Source: an uncultured bacterium
GTDB lineage: Bacteria; Fidelibacterota; UBA2242
Direction: 5' to 3'
Assembly (NCBI GenBank): GCA_964576275.1
Contig: CAZNUN010000004.1
Span: forward strand, 121,779-185,778
Length of the DNA stretch: 64,000 bases
This document shows positions 10,400-19,981 of the stretch, piece after piece. The notes under the pieces were generated by a model that saw only the letters and a list, made by a program, of their open reading frames with translations, was not told where the DNA came from and ran no database searches. Numbering within the stretch: position 1 is the first letter of the stretch; each line of letters starts with the position of its first letter. Made by a program: the position numbers and the translations under genes.

Positions 10400-10484
10400 G
10401 CGTAAGGCGTAAAGCGTGATGAGTAACTGTAAACTCTTAAACTCGGAACACGCAACCCGTAACTCGTAACCCGTAACTCACAAT
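10400..10484. repeat. degenerate tandem heptamer array (consensus nCGTAAC), about 12 units
   Basis: Reads GCGTAAG GCGTAAA GCGTGAT GAGTAAC TGTAAAC TCTTAAAC TCGGAAC ACGCAACC CGTAACT CGTAACC CGTAACT CACAAT. The last three full units (10458-10478) are near-perfect. Intergenic, between the RR-PP2C gene and the methyltransferase gene. Confidence 0.7.
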
Positions 10485-10520
10485 AGAAACTGCAATAAAC
10501 TTTTTGGGGTAGCGTTAAAA

Positions 10521-11339
10521 ATGAATAACCAGGGTAAAGTTGACTTAGGCAAGGTGCAGGAGACCCTGCTTTTGCCCCTGTGGGGACGGGCGGTAGAGAC
10601 AAAAAAACCGCGGCCGCTGCTAATTGATGAAAAAGCCGTCGGGGTGGTTGAAAATATTGCTTATGACTTCAGTGTAATTGCGAAAAACGTAAGCAAGATT
10701 ACCCAGGCTTCCTGGGTTGCCCGCAGTATTTTCTTCGATAATAAAATAAAAGCCTTTATTGAATTGTATCCCGCGGCGACTGTTGTGAATATCGGTTGCG
10801 GACTGGATACGACCTTCGACCGAGTTGACAACGGGACAATCCAGTGGATTGATTTGGATTTACCTGATGCGATTGCCTTGCGCAGACGGTATAATCCCGA
10901 AACCATCCGCAGCCAATTCGTGGCCGCATCAGTCTTCGACACCGAATGGTATGCGCGGATCACGAACCGCGAACATGTATTGCTCCTGATTGCAGGCGTG
11001 CTTTATTACTTTGATGAAGCCGGGATTAAACAGCTGTTCCACGATATCCATACGTTTATTCCGGGAACCGAGATCATTTTCGATTACAGTTCAAAACTGG
11101 GCGTAAAGATTGCCAATAAAAAGGTCATTGAGGGCGGCGGAATGCATGAATCAGCTTGCCTGAAATGGAGTCTCGAAAATATCTATGACATCGAAAAATG
11201 GGACAGCTATATCAGGGTCATTACCAGTATGCCGATGTTCCGGGAATACAAGAAAAACTACCCGTTCCACAGGCGCATCGGGATGAATATTTCCGATCTG
11301 CTAAAGGTGATGTCGCTGGCGCATATAAAAATTAACTGA
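10521..11339 (+). CDS. class I SAM-dependent methyltransferase, LCM/TcmP-like (O-methyltransferase family)
   Basis: VVNIGCGLDTTFDRVD (SAM motif I) then WIDLDLPDAIALRR and LLIAGVLYYF, the arrangement seen in leucine-carboxyl / polyketide O-methyltransferase-like proteins. Confidence 0.65.
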   Translation: MNNQGKVDLGKVQETLLLPLWGRAVETKKPRPLLIDEKAVGVVENIAYDFSVIAKNVSKITQASWVARSIFFDNKIKAFIELYPAATVVNIGCGLDTTFDRVDNGTIQWIDLDLPDAIALRRRYNPETIRSQFVAASVFDTEWYARITNREHVLLLIAGVLYYFDEAGIKQLFHDIHTFIPGTEIIFDYSSKLGVKIANKKVIEGGGMHESACLKWSLENIYDIEKWDSYIRVITSMPMFREYKKNYPFHRRIGMNISDLLKVMSLAHIKIN

Positions 11340-11345
11340 AAAAAT

Positions 11346-11810
11346 ATGCCGCAGTTAAGTAAGGGCGGAAAATTCGTTTTTGGTTGGTCAGTAATCAATG
11401 CTGACCGGAAGGTTAAATTACCACATCAGACGGTTGATGAATATAAACTCCGGGATCCGGACAAACTGATTGTATTCTCAGGCAGTAAGGCGACCGGCGG
11501 ATTCTGCGTCTCCACCCCTGATTTTATTATGAACTCACCTCTCCGGGGACTGTTCGGGCAGTATCCCGATCTGTATAATTGTAAAATTCAAGCAGGCGAT
11601 TTTGTGAAGTATAAAGGACGCTTGTATGGCTGGATTAGTTTAAACGATCATATCATCAAACTGACTCCGTCTATGTTGACGATTCTTGATCTGAAGGTCG
11701 GAGACAGATTGCTCTCAATCCGGGGCAGTAACCTCGCCTTTGTGATGGGCGTAAAAGGTCCGCTGATCGAAATGGCCAACCAGACCGACCAAGTAATTGA
11801 AATCTTCTGA
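11346..11810 (+). CDS. hypothetical protein with an internal duplication (possible double SpoVT/AbrB-like swapped-hairpin fold)
   Basis: N-half GKFVFGWSVINADRKVKLPHQTVDEYKLRDPDKLIVFSGSK aligns by eye with C-half GRLYGWISLNDHIIKLTPSMLTILDLKVGDRLLSIRGSN. No family recognised with certainty. Confidence 0.45.
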   Translation: MPQLSKGGKFVFGWSVINADRKVKLPHQTVDEYKLRDPDKLIVFSGSKATGGFCVSTPDFIMNSPLRGLFGQYPDLYNCKIQAGDFVKYKGRLYGWISLNDHIIKLTPSMLTILDLKVGDRLLSIRGSNLAFVMGVKGPLIEMANQTDQVIEIF

Positions 11811-12067
11811 ATTAATAATTTTCATTTAATCTCGTCGGAGAGCATTACTCTTTACAGAATAATGCCCCGGTTCGTAGCGAAATGATGCAGATTCTTCCGC
11901 CAATTAAGGAAAATCTTGAGCCCACATCTGGGTCTAACTAATTTAGACAAATAGCTAAAGAAACCAGAATTCGTACCGATAATAGAAAGGAAGGATAATT
12001 GGTTCGATTTTTATGATCTGAATCTGAAGAGTAATGCGGCGGATAGGAAGCTACGATATTCTGAAAA

Positions 12068-13201
12068 GTGCATCGTGAAATGAATAAAGCCTGCGAAAAC
12101 GAAAAAGAGTACGCCATCCTGACTCAGGCGATCCGGCAGGTGGCCGAAGCGATCGTCGTTACGGATTTACACGATCACATCATCTTTGTGAATAATGCGT
12201 TTTTGAATCTCTATGGCTACACCAGAGAAGAACTGATCGGGAAAAATATTCAGTTCCTGTGGTCACAAAACACATTACCTGAAACCCTGATGAATGTACA
12301 CAGGGCTACTTTAGAGGGAAGCTGGCAGGGTGAACTTATTAACCGGCGGAAAAACGGTGAAGACTTCCCAATTGCACTGTCCACTTCAGTAGTGTACAAC
12401 GATCAGCATGAACCCGTTGCCCTGATAGGGATTATCAGCGACATAACCAAACAGAAACTGAAAGAACGCGATCGCAAAGTCAGTGAAGAGACAATTAGAC
12501 GCCAGCAGCGTCTGGAGTCTATTGGAACACTGGCGGGTGGTATTGCCCACGAGATCAACAATCCCTTGACCGGAATTATCAATTATGCGCAGATTATTTA
12601 TGAACGTTTGTCGGATGAGACACTCAGGGAATTTGCCCGCGGAATTATCGATGAAGGCGAACGGGTCGCGGGCATTATCCGCAATTTACTGACTTTTTCA
12701 CGTCAGGAGCAGGAAGGCATGACTCTCGAAAAGATGAGTGATATTGTCCAGACCGCCCTTTTGCTGGTTGACAATCTGATCCATAAAGATTTAATTAATC
12801 TGACGGCTGTCGTACTGGAGGATTTACCCAAAATAAACTGTCACCGTCAACAGATCACCCAGGTTATTGTTAACCTGATTATGAATGCCCGCGATGCCCT
12901 GAATGCCAAATTCAGTGGTTACGATGAAGAAAAATTAATCGAAATTAAGTCGTACCGAATCGAACGCGAAGATCAATGCTGGTTAAGAACCGAAATCCTC
13001 GATCATGGGATCGGTATAGATGAAGATACTTCCGGCAGCATCTTCGATCCGTTCTTTACGACTAAACCTCGCACGGATCGTTCCGGCATGGGGCTTTCGG
13101 TTTGCTTTGGCATTATCAAGGAACATGGCGGCGAAATTTTCATGGAAACCGAGCCCGGCCAATACACGCGGGTTTACTTTGATTTGCCCTGCCTGAAATA
13201 A
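12068..13201 (+). CDS. PAS-domain sensor histidine kinase (cytoplasmic)
   Basis: PAS (VVTDLHDHIIFVNNAFLNLYGYTREELIGKN...). H-box LAGGIAHEINNPLTGI. ATPase DHGIGIDEDTSGSIFDPFFTTKP...GMGLSVCFGIIKEHGG. GTG at 12068, alternative ATG at 12080. Confidence 0.85.
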   Translation: MHREMNKACENEKEYAILTQAIRQVAEAIVVTDLHDHIIFVNNAFLNLYGYTREELIGKNIQFLWSQNTLPETLMNVHRATLEGSWQGELINRRKNGEDFPIALSTSVVYNDQHEPVALIGIISDITKQKLKERDRKVSEETIRRQQRLESIGTLAGGIAHEINNPLTGIINYAQIIYERLSDETLREFARGIIDEGERVAGIIRNLLTFSRQEQEGMTLEKMSDIVQTALLLVDNLIHKDLINLTAVVLEDLPKINCHRQQITQVIVNLIMNARDALNAKFSGYDEEKLIEIKSYRIEREDQCWLRTEILDHGIGIDEDTSGSIFDPFFTTKPRTDRSGMGLSVCFGIIKEHGGEIFMETEPGQYTRVYFDLPCLK

Positions 13202-13216
13202 ACTCTGAAAAAAATA

Positions 13217-13246
13217 TTGACTCGCAATCCAAAAATGATTTATATT
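13217..13246 (+). promoter_or_regulatory. sigma70-like promoter candidate for the ilv-leu operon leader
   Basis: TTGACT (13217-13222), 18-nt spacer, TATATT (13241-13246). Located about 25 nt upstream of the leader ORF. Confidence 0.5.
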
Positions 13247-13269
13247 AATACCGATTTTGAAATGAAATT

Positions 13270-13353
13270 ATGAATCAGTTTAAAAACATATTAAGCGTTG
13301 TAGTAATCCTGGGCATCATTATTATCCTAATAGGAGGCGAAGGGGTTTTTTAG
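13270..13353 (+). CDS. ilv/leu operon leader peptide (27 aa, MNQFKNILSVVVILGIIIILIGGEGVF)
   Basis: 14 of 27 codons encode Ile (7), Val (4) or Leu (3). Codons 7-21 read ILSVVVILGIIIILI. The stop codon is embedded in the first copy of a 15-nt repeat that competes with the downstream terminator. No obvious Shine-Dalgarno sequence. Confidence 0.7.
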   Translation: MNQFKNILSVVVILGIIIILIGGEGVF

Positions 13354-13376
13354 ACGCACACCACTAAATAATTCTT

Positions 13377-13407
13377 AAAAACCCCTTCCGAAAAGAAGGG
13401 GTTTTTT
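13377..13407 (+). terminator. attenuator (rho-independent terminator) of the ilv-leu leader
   Basis: AAAAACCCCTTC (13377-13388), loop CGAAAA, GAAGGGGTTTTTT (13395-13407). This gives a 12-bp stem ending in a six-T run, 40 nt upstream of the ilvD start. Confidence 0.85.
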
Positions 13408-13447
13408 AGTTACAGAGGCGAATAAATATGAAAAGGAATGTATAATT

Positions 13448-15145
13448 ATGCAGAGCGATCAGGTAAAAAGGGGCGTCGAAAGAGCGCCGCACCGCTCCCT
13501 TTTGCGGGCGGCCGGAGTTGCCGAGGAAGATTTTGGGAGACCATTCATTGGCATCGCCAATTCTTACAATGACATTGTTCCTGGCCATGTAAAACTGGAC
13601 GTCGTCGGCGAAATGGTAAAGAAAGCCGTCATTCGAGCCGGCGGCCGGCCTTTCGTATTTAATACGATCGGCGTTTGCGACGGAATTGCGATGGGGCATG
13701 CCGGGATGCGCTACAGTCTGCAAAGCCGCGAACTGATCGCCGACTCCGTGGAAACAATGGTAAAGGCTCATTGTTTCGATGGCTTGGTGTGCATACCGAA
13801 CTGCGATAAAATCATTCCCGGTATGCTGATGGCGGCTGTACGACTGGACATTCCGACGATCTTCGTTTCCGGCGGCCCGATGAGAGCCGGCCGGGCAAAC
13901 GGCAGAAAAGCCCTCGATTTGATTTCGGTCTTTGAAGGGATTGGCGCTTATCAGGAAGGGCTGATTGACGAAGCTGAATTGACCGAAATCGAGCGCCGCG
14001 CCTGTCCCGGCTGGGGCAGTTGCTCGGGTCTGTTCACCGCCAATTCGATGAATTGTCTGTGTGAGGCGCTGGGGATCGCTCTCCCCGGCAACGGCACGAT
14101 TCTGGCCGAAGACAAACGCCGGCAGAAGTTGTACCGGGAAGCCGGGAAACGGATCATGGAATTAGTGCAAAAAGAGGTTCGTCCGTCGCAAATCATTACC
14201 CGCGATTCGCTGGACAATGCCATTGCGCTCGATATGGCCATGGGCGGTTCGACCAATACCGTTTTACATCTAATGGCGGTGGCTAATGAAGCCGGCATTA
14301 AATATTCGCTTACCAGAATTGATGAAATTTCACGTGGTACGCCGACGCTTTGTAAAGTAGCGCCTTCTTCTCAATATCATATGGAAGACGTCGAGGCGGC
14401 CGGCGGTATGAGCGCTTTGCTCAACGAACTTTTCCGGAATAATACTTTTATCAATAAAGATTGTCCGACTGTAACCGGCAAGACTATCGCTGAAAATGTC
14501 GCCGGGAAGCGGATACTTAACGAAACCGTCATTCACCCTCTCGAAAAAGCTTACGCTCCGACTGGCGGCCTAGCCATTTTAACCGGCAATCTGGCTCCGG
14601 AAGGAAGTGTGGTGAAATACGCCGGAGTATCGGAAAAAATGAAGGTATTTGAAGGTCCGGCTGTTATCTTCGAGAGTCAGGAAGAAGCCTGCGAAGGAAT
14701 TTTGGCCGGTGATGTCAAGGCTGGTGATGTCGTCGTAATCCGCTACGAAGGCCCACGCGGCGGCCCCGGTATGCAGGAAATGCTTTCGCCGACTTCCTAT
14801 ATCATGGGACGCGGATTGGGCGAAAGCGTAGCCCTGATTACCGATGGGCGATTCTCAGGTGGAACGCGCGGAGCCTGTATTGGCCACGTCGCCCCGGAGG
14901 CGGCCGCCGGAGGGCCGATCGGCCTTCTGAAAAACGGCGACCGCATCCAGATTGATATTCCAAAGAAAAGATTAGAAGTGCGCTTGTCGCCGGAAGAATT
15001 GAATGCCCGCCGCGCGCAGTCGCAACCGCGTCCGCCGCGGATCACTCACGGTGTCATGGCCCGTTACGCCGAGATGGTTTCCTCGGCCAGCGATGGCGCC
15101 GTTTTGAAATATAATTTCCGTAAGGAGAAAGGAGCCGGTCAATGA
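13448..15145 (+). CDS. ilvD: dihydroxy-acid dehydratase
   Basis: [56 protein letters not shown]. 565 aa. Confidence 0.95.
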   Translation: MQSDQVKRGVERAPHRSLLRAAGVAEEDFGRPFIGIANSYNDIVPGHVKLDVVGEMVKKAVIRAGGRPFVFNTIGVCDGIAMGHAGMRYSLQSRELIADSVETMVKAHCFDGLVCIPNCDKIIPGMLMAAVRLDIPTIFVSGGPMRAGRANGRKALDLISVFEGIGAYQEGLIDEAELTEIERRACPGWGSCSGLFTANSMNCLCEALGIALPGNGTILAEDKRRQKLYREAGKRIMELVQKEVRPSQIITRDSLDNAIALDMAMGGSTNTVLHLMAVANEAGIKYSLTRIDEISRGTPTLCKVAPSSQYHMEDVEAAGGMSALLNELFRNNTFINKDCPTVTGKTIAENVAGKRILNETVIHPLEKAYAPTGGLAILTGNLAPEGSVVKYAGVSEKMKVFEGPAVIFESQEEACEGILAGDVKAGDVVVIRYEGPRGGPGMQEMLSPTSYIMGRGLGESVALITDGRFSGGTRGACIGHVAPEAAAGGPIGLLKNGDRIQIDIPKKRLEVRLSPEELNARRAQSQPRPPRITHGVMARYAEMVSSASDGAVLKYNFRKEKGAGQ

Positions 15146-16878
15146 AAGGTGCTGAAATATTGATTGACGCTTTGATGAATGAAGGCGTTGACACCGTTTT
15201 CGGTTATCCGGGAGGCGTCGTTATCCCGATTTTCGACGTGCTTTATGATAACAGGAAAATCAAGTTTGTGTTGACCCGCCATGAACAGGGCGCTACACAC
15301 GCCGCCGATGGCTACGCCCGGGCTACCGGCAGAGTGGGAGTCTGTTTAGTCACCTCCGGACCAGGCGCTACCAATACTATAACCGGCATCGCCAACGCGA
15401 AAATGGACTCTGTACCGATCGTTGTGATCAGCGGCCAGGTGGCCACCACCAATATCGGCACGGATGCCTTTCAGGAAACCGATATGGTCGGTCTGACCCG
15501 TTCGATTAGCAAGCATAATTATTTAGTTAAAAATGTGGAAGAATTGCCAAAGATACTGAAAGAAGCTTTTTTCATAGCCCGGAGTGGGCGTCCGGGTCCG
15601 GTGGCCGTTGATATACCCGTCAATGTCTCCAATGGATTTCTGAAAAATTATAAGTATCCGACAGACATTTCTCTACCCGGATACAAACCGGTCACCAACG
15701 GCAACCAGAAGCAGATTGAAAAGCTGGCCGAAGCCATAAAAACCGCAAAAAAACCACTGCTCTTTACCGGCGGTGGAATAATCTCCGCCAATGCTTCGGA
15801 AGATTTGTTGGCCTTGCTCAATAAAACTAACATTCCGATCGTGATTACTCTGATGGGATTGGGCTCGGTGCCGGTCGATTATCCCACTTTTCTTGGTATG
15901 CCCGGAATGCACGGCACAATGGCGGCCAATCTGGCGCTGGCCGAATGCGACTTGCTGATTGGTATTGGGGTGCGCTTTGACGACCGGGTCACCGGTCAGC
16001 GCGAGCAGTTTGCCACACAGGCCAAAGTCGCGCATATTGATATTGATCCGGCGGAAATCGGCAAGGTTATCAAGCCCGATATTCCGGTCGTCGGCGATGC
16101 CCGGAAAATTCTTCAGGAATTGGTCAGTAAAGTCCATCCGCGCTCCAGGGATGAATGGAACAAACGCACGGAATCCTGGAAGACTCAGTATCCGATAACC
16201 TACGATCAGTCCAATGAATCTGAAATTTTACCGCAATATGTCATCGACCGCCTGAATGCGGTTGCCCCGGAAGACAGCATCATCGTTACCGATGTCGGTC
16301 AGCATCAGATGTGGGCCGCCCATTATTATCTGCACCGTCATCCGCGCGCATTCATATCATCCAGCGGACTGGGGACGATGGGATTCGGCCTGCCGGCGGC
16401 CATGGGCGCGGCGGTAGGTTGCCCCGAACGCACCGTGATCGCCATATCCGGCGACGGCAGTATTCAAATGAATATTCAGGAATTCGCCACCTGCTCTATT
16501 AATAAAATTCCAGTGAAAGCAATCATTCTGAACAATTCCTATCTCGGTATGGTGCGCCAGTGGCAGGAATTATTTTGGAATAAACGCTACTCGGCAACCT
16601 GTCTGAAGTACGGCTATAATTGTCCGCCGGAGGGCGACAATTCGCCAGAAAATTATCCGTCGGATTATATCCCGGATTTTCTGAAAACCGCCGAAGCCAA
16701 CCGTATAAAAGGCTTCCGCGCCATCAAGCCGTCTGAAGTGGACGACGTTCTGCGGGAAGGCATTCGCCAACCCGGTCCGGTCATCATGGAGTTCGTGGTC
16801 AAGAGCGGTGAAAATGTATATCCAATGGTGCCGTCAGGCAAACCGGTTTCCGCCGCTCTGCTTGGGAGGTCGTCATGA
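15142..16878 (+). CDS. ilvB: acetolactate synthase, large (catalytic) subunit
   Basis: [64 protein letters not shown]...[16 protein letters not shown] overlap with ilvD. Confidence 0.95.
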   Translation: MKGAEILIDALMNEGVDTVFGYPGGVVIPIFDVLYDNRKIKFVLTRHEQGATHAADGYARATGRVGVCLVTSGPGATNTITGIANAKMDSVPIVVISGQVATTNIGTDAFQETDMVGLTRSISKHNYLVKNVEELPKILKEAFFIARSGRPGPVAVDIPVNVSNGFLKNYKYPTDISLPGYKPVTNGNQKQIEKLAEAIKTAKKPLLFTGGGIISANASEDLLALLNKTNIPIVITLMGLGSVPVDYPTFLGMPGMHGTMAANLALAECDLLIGIGVRFDDRVTGQREQFATQAKVAHIDIDPAEIGKVIKPDIPVVGDARKILQELVSKVHPRSRDEWNKRTESWKTQYPITYDQSNESEILPQYVIDRLNAVAPEDSIIVTDVGQHQMWAAHYYLHRHPRAFISSSGLGTMGFGLPAAMGAAVGCPERTVIAISGDGSIQMNIQEFATCSINKIPVKAIILNNSYLGMVRQWQELFWNKRYSATCLKYGYNCPPEGDNSPENYPSDYIPDFLKTAEANRIKGFRAIKPSEVDDVLREGIRQPGPVIMEFVVKSGENVYPMVPSGKPVSAALLGRSS

Positions 16879-17363
16879 AAGAGAAACACACCATAATCGT
16901 GACCGTCACCAACCGCGTCGGCATTCTGGCCCGGATCACCGGTTTGCTGGCCCAGCGCGGTTACAATATCGAGAGCGCCATCGCCGCCCCGACCGAAGAC
17001 CCGGATGTTTACAAAATCATTCTGGTAGTCATGGAAAGCGACGAGAACGTGGAGCAGATTACCAAGCAGCTCAATAAACTCATTGATACGATCAAAGTCA
17101 CCGATATTTCGCATAAAAATAACTATATCGTGCGCGAATACATCATCGTAAAAGTGTCGGTCACGCCCCGCACGCGCGTCGAAATCCTGGAACTCGTAAG
17201 GATTTTCGAAGCCCGCCCGATTGATCTGGCCACCGATCACCTGATCGTGGAACTGACCGGGCACGTGCGCAAAATTGACCGCTTTATCGAATTGCTCAAG
17301 CCCTTTGGCATCAAGGAGTATGTACGCAGCGGCGAGTTCGCCATGACCGAATATAATCAATAA
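16875..17363 (+). CDS. ilvN: acetolactate synthase, small (regulatory, ACT-domain) subunit
   Basis: HTIIVTVTNRVGILARITGLLAQRGYNIESA (ACT). 162 aa. ATGA overlap with ilvB. Confidence 0.9.
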   Translation: MKEKHTIIVTVTNRVGILARITGLLAQRGYNIESAIAAPTEDPDVYKIILVVMESDENVEQITKQLNKLIDTIKVTDISHKNNYIVREYIIVKVSVTPRTRVEILELVRIFEARPIDLATDHLIVELTGHVRKIDRFIELLKPFGIKEYVRSGEFAMTEYNQ

Positions 17364-17380
17364 AATAAAAGGAGTTTCGA

Positions 17381-18382
17381 ATGTCAGTCAAGTTGTATTA
17401 TGACAAAGATGTTACCAGCAGTGCCCTGAAAAATAAAACCATCGCCGTGATCGGATACGGCAGTCAGGGGCATGCGCAATCACAAAACCTGCGGGAAAGC
17501 GGCTATAAAGTCATCATTGCCGAGCGGCCGGATTCACCGAATTTCGCGCTGGCCGTCAAGCATGGTTTTACGCCGGTCAGCGCCGCTGAAGCCGCCCGAC
17601 AGGCGGACGTTATCCAGATTCTGACGCCGGACGAGGTCCAGAAACGCGTCTTTGAGCAGGAAGTCAGGCAGTATCTTACCAAGGGCAAAGCTCTGGTGTT
17701 TTCCCACGGCTTTAACATTCATTTCAAACAGATCGTGCCGCCGGCCGATGTGGACGTTTATATGGTCGCTCCGAAAGGGCCTGGTCATCTGGTGCGCCGT
17801 CAGTATGAAATCGGCGCCGGCGTGCCTTCGCTTTTCGCAGTCTATCAGGATGTCAGCGGACAGGCCCGCAATCTGGCGATGGAACACGCCTGCGGCATTG
17901 GCGCCGGGAGAGCCGGAATTATCGAAACGACTTTCCGCGAAGAGACCGAGACCGACCTTTTCGGCGAACAGGCCGTGCTGTGCGGCGGCGTATCGGAATT
18001 GATCAAGGCCGGATTCCAGACCCTGGTCGAGGCCGGCTACCAGCCCGAGATCGCTTATTTTGAATGCTGTCACGAGCTGAAACTGATCGTTGATCTAATT
18101 TACGAAGGCGGTCTGGCCGGAATGTATTATTCCGTCAGCGATACGGCCGAATTCGGCGGAATGACCCGTGGCCCGCAGATTATTGACAGCGCTACCAAAC
18201 AGCGCATGAAAACCATGCTACGCGCCATTCAGACCGGCGAATTCGCCAAAGACTGGATTCTGGAAAATCAGGCCGGGCGCCCAACCCTGAACGCCTATCG
18301 TCAGGAACACCAGGAATTGTTGTTGGAAAAAGTAGGCCGGGAATTGCGGGATATGATGCCCTGGCTCAAGAAAAAAGGATAA
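17381..18382 (+). CDS. ilvC: ketol-acid reductoisomerase (class I)
   Basis: [21 protein letters not shown] Rossmann motif, [26 protein letters not shown]. 333 aa. Confidence 0.95.
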   Translation: MSVKLYYDKDVTSSALKNKTIAVIGYGSQGHAQSQNLRESGYKVIIAERPDSPNFALAVKHGFTPVSAAEAARQADVIQILTPDEVQKRVFEQEVRQYLTKGKALVFSHGFNIHFKQIVPPADVDVYMVAPKGPGHLVRRQYEIGAGVPSLFAVYQDVSGQARNLAMEHACGIGAGRAGIIETTFREETETDLFGEQAVLCGGVSELIKAGFQTLVEAGYQPEIAYFECCHELKLIVDLIYEGGLAGMYYSVSDTAEFGGMTRGPQIIDSATKQRMKTMLRAIQTGEFAKDWILENQAGRPTLNAYRQEHQELLLEKVGRELRDMMPWLKKKG

Positions 18383-18385
18383 AAT

Positions 18386-19981
18386 ATGAATCGCAAAATC
18401 CGGATTTTCGACACGACCCTGCGGGACGGGACCCAAGCCGAGACCATCAGCTTTTCGGCGGAAGATAAACTGCATATCGCTAAACGTCTGGACGAGTTCG
18501 GAATTGATTACATCGAAGGGGGCTGGCCGGGTTCGAATCCGAAAGACATGGCTTTTTTCCAGTTAGCCCGTGAGACGCAATTCAGACACGCCCGCATCGT
18601 GGCTTTCGGCTCCACCAAGCGCGCCAGAAACACCGTCGAAGACGATCAGAATATCCGCTTCCTGCTCGAAGCCGAAACGCCGGTCGTGACCATTTTTGGA
18701 AAATCCTGGATTCTGCATGTCGAAAAGGCTCTGCGCATCACCACCACCCAAAATCTTGAATTGATCCACGACAGCGTCGCTTATCTGAAAAGCAAAGGTA
18801 AGGAAGTGATTTACGACGCCGAGCATTTTTTCGACGGCTATAAGGATAACGCCGCCTATGCGGTCGAAACTCTGGCTGCCGCGCAGGCGGCTGGCGCCGA
18901 CCTGATAACCTTGTGCGATACCAACGGCGGCACACTGCCGTCAGAAGTCTCGCGCATCGTCGCGGCTGTCCGTCAAAAGATCAGCCTGCCGCTCGGTATT
19001 CATACCCATAATGACAGCGGTCTGGCAGTGGCCAATAGCCTGACGGCCGTCGAGGCCGGATGTGTTCTCGTCCAGGGTACGATTAATGGTTACGGCGAAC
19101 GCACCGGAAACGCCGACCTGTGTTCGGTGATCCCGAATCTGCAGTTAAAGGCCGGCTATCAGTGCATCCCGCCGGAGAATCTGACGCAATTGACCTCCGT
19201 ATCGCATTACGTCAGTGAAATCGCCAACCTGTCTCACCCGAACGGTTTGCCCTTTACCGGGAGAAGCGCCTTCGCCCACAAAGGCGGAGTGCATGTCAGT
19301 GCTGTGATGAAAGACCCGCACAGTTACGAGCATATCGAGCCAGAACTCGTCGGTAACAGCCGGCGGGTTCTGGTCTCCGATCTCTCCGGGCAGAGCAACA
19401 TCGTTTTCAAAGCCCGGGAACTCAATATTGACCTCAACCGTCACCAGGATAAAATTCCCGAAATAGTAAATCGTCTGAAAGAACTTGAGAATCTTGGCTA
19501 TCAATATGAAGCCGCCGAAGGTTCTCTTGAGCTTTTAATCAGTAAAATCAAATCCGAATACCGCGAGTTTTTCAATCTGAAAGGATTCAGGATTTTGATC
19601 GAGAAAAATGAAGACGGCGAACAACGTTCCGAGGCCACGATCCGCATGGAAGTGGACAATCAGGTCGAACACGCCGCGGCGGAAGGCGACGGCCCGGTCA
19701 ATGCTTTGGACAACGCCCTGCGCAAAGCCCTGACCAAATTTTACCCGGAGATAAACGCAATGAAGCTTTCCGATTATAAAGTCCGGGTGCTGAACGCCCG
19801 GGATGCCACGGCGGCCAAAGTCCGCGTTCTGATCGAATCCACTTCCGATGGCGATTCCTGGGGCACGATCGGAGTTTCCGAAAATATCATCGAAGCCAGC
19901 TGGCAGGCACTGACGGAGAGCATTTCCTATTTTTTAATGCAGAAATATAAATCCAAAACGGCGGAGGCTCAGCATGTCTAA
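18386..19981 (+). CDS. cimA: (R)-citramalate synthase (LeuA-family, CimA clade)
   Basis: [55 protein letters not shown] matches the N-terminus I remember for the Geobacter/Leptospira-type CimA clade (GGWPG-NPKD). [14 protein letters not shown]-terminal LeuA-dimer regulatory domain. A canonical leuA lies immediately downstream. Confidence 0.75.
   Translation: MNRKIRIFDTTLRDGTQAETISFSAEDKLHIAKRLDEFGIDYIEGGWPGSNPKDMAFFQLARETQFRHARIVAFGSTKRARNTVEDDQNIRFLLEAETPVVTIFGKSWILHVEKALRITTTQNLELIHDSVAYLKSKGKEVIYDAEHFFDGYKDNAAYAVETLAAAQAAGADLITLCDTNGGTLPSEVSRIVAAVRQKISLPLGIHTHNDSGLAVANSLTAVEAGCVLVQGTINGYGERTGNADLCSVIPNLQLKAGYQCIPPENLTQLTSVSHYVSEIANLSHPNGLPFTGRSAFAHKGGVHVSAVMKDPHSYEHIEPELVGNSRRVLVSDLSGQSNIVFKARELNIDLNRHQDKIPEIVNRLKELENLGYQYEAAEGSLELLISKIKSEYREFFNLKGFRILIEKNEDGEQRSEATIRMEVDNQVEHAAAEGDGPVNALDNALRKALTKFYPEINAMKLSDYKVRVLNARDATAAKVRVLIESTSDGDSWGTIGVSENIIEASWQALTESISYFLMQKYKSKTAEAQHV

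Noticed and set aside
10396-10602. 68-aa minus-strand ORF (…CELRVTSYGLRVPSLRVYSYSS…)
   Set aside because: Its repetitive peptide is simply the heptamer DNA array read through in one frame. It also overlaps the start of the methyltransferase gene. I treated it as a repeat, not a gene.
13262-13273. Three-codon mini-ORF (ATG AAA TTA TGA) whose stop overlaps the leader-peptide ATG
   Set aside because: It is too short to evaluate and is probably coincidental in an AT-rich leader. The 27-codon BCAA-rich ORF explains the region.
16665-17360. 231-aa minus-strand ORF overlapping ilvB/ilvN
   Set aside because: It is antisense to two well-supported genes that are translationally coupled, and it has no motif content. 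The analogous shadow ORFs at 17534-18073, 20613-21155, 22882-23466, 26694-27338 and 27411-27908 were rejected for the same reason.
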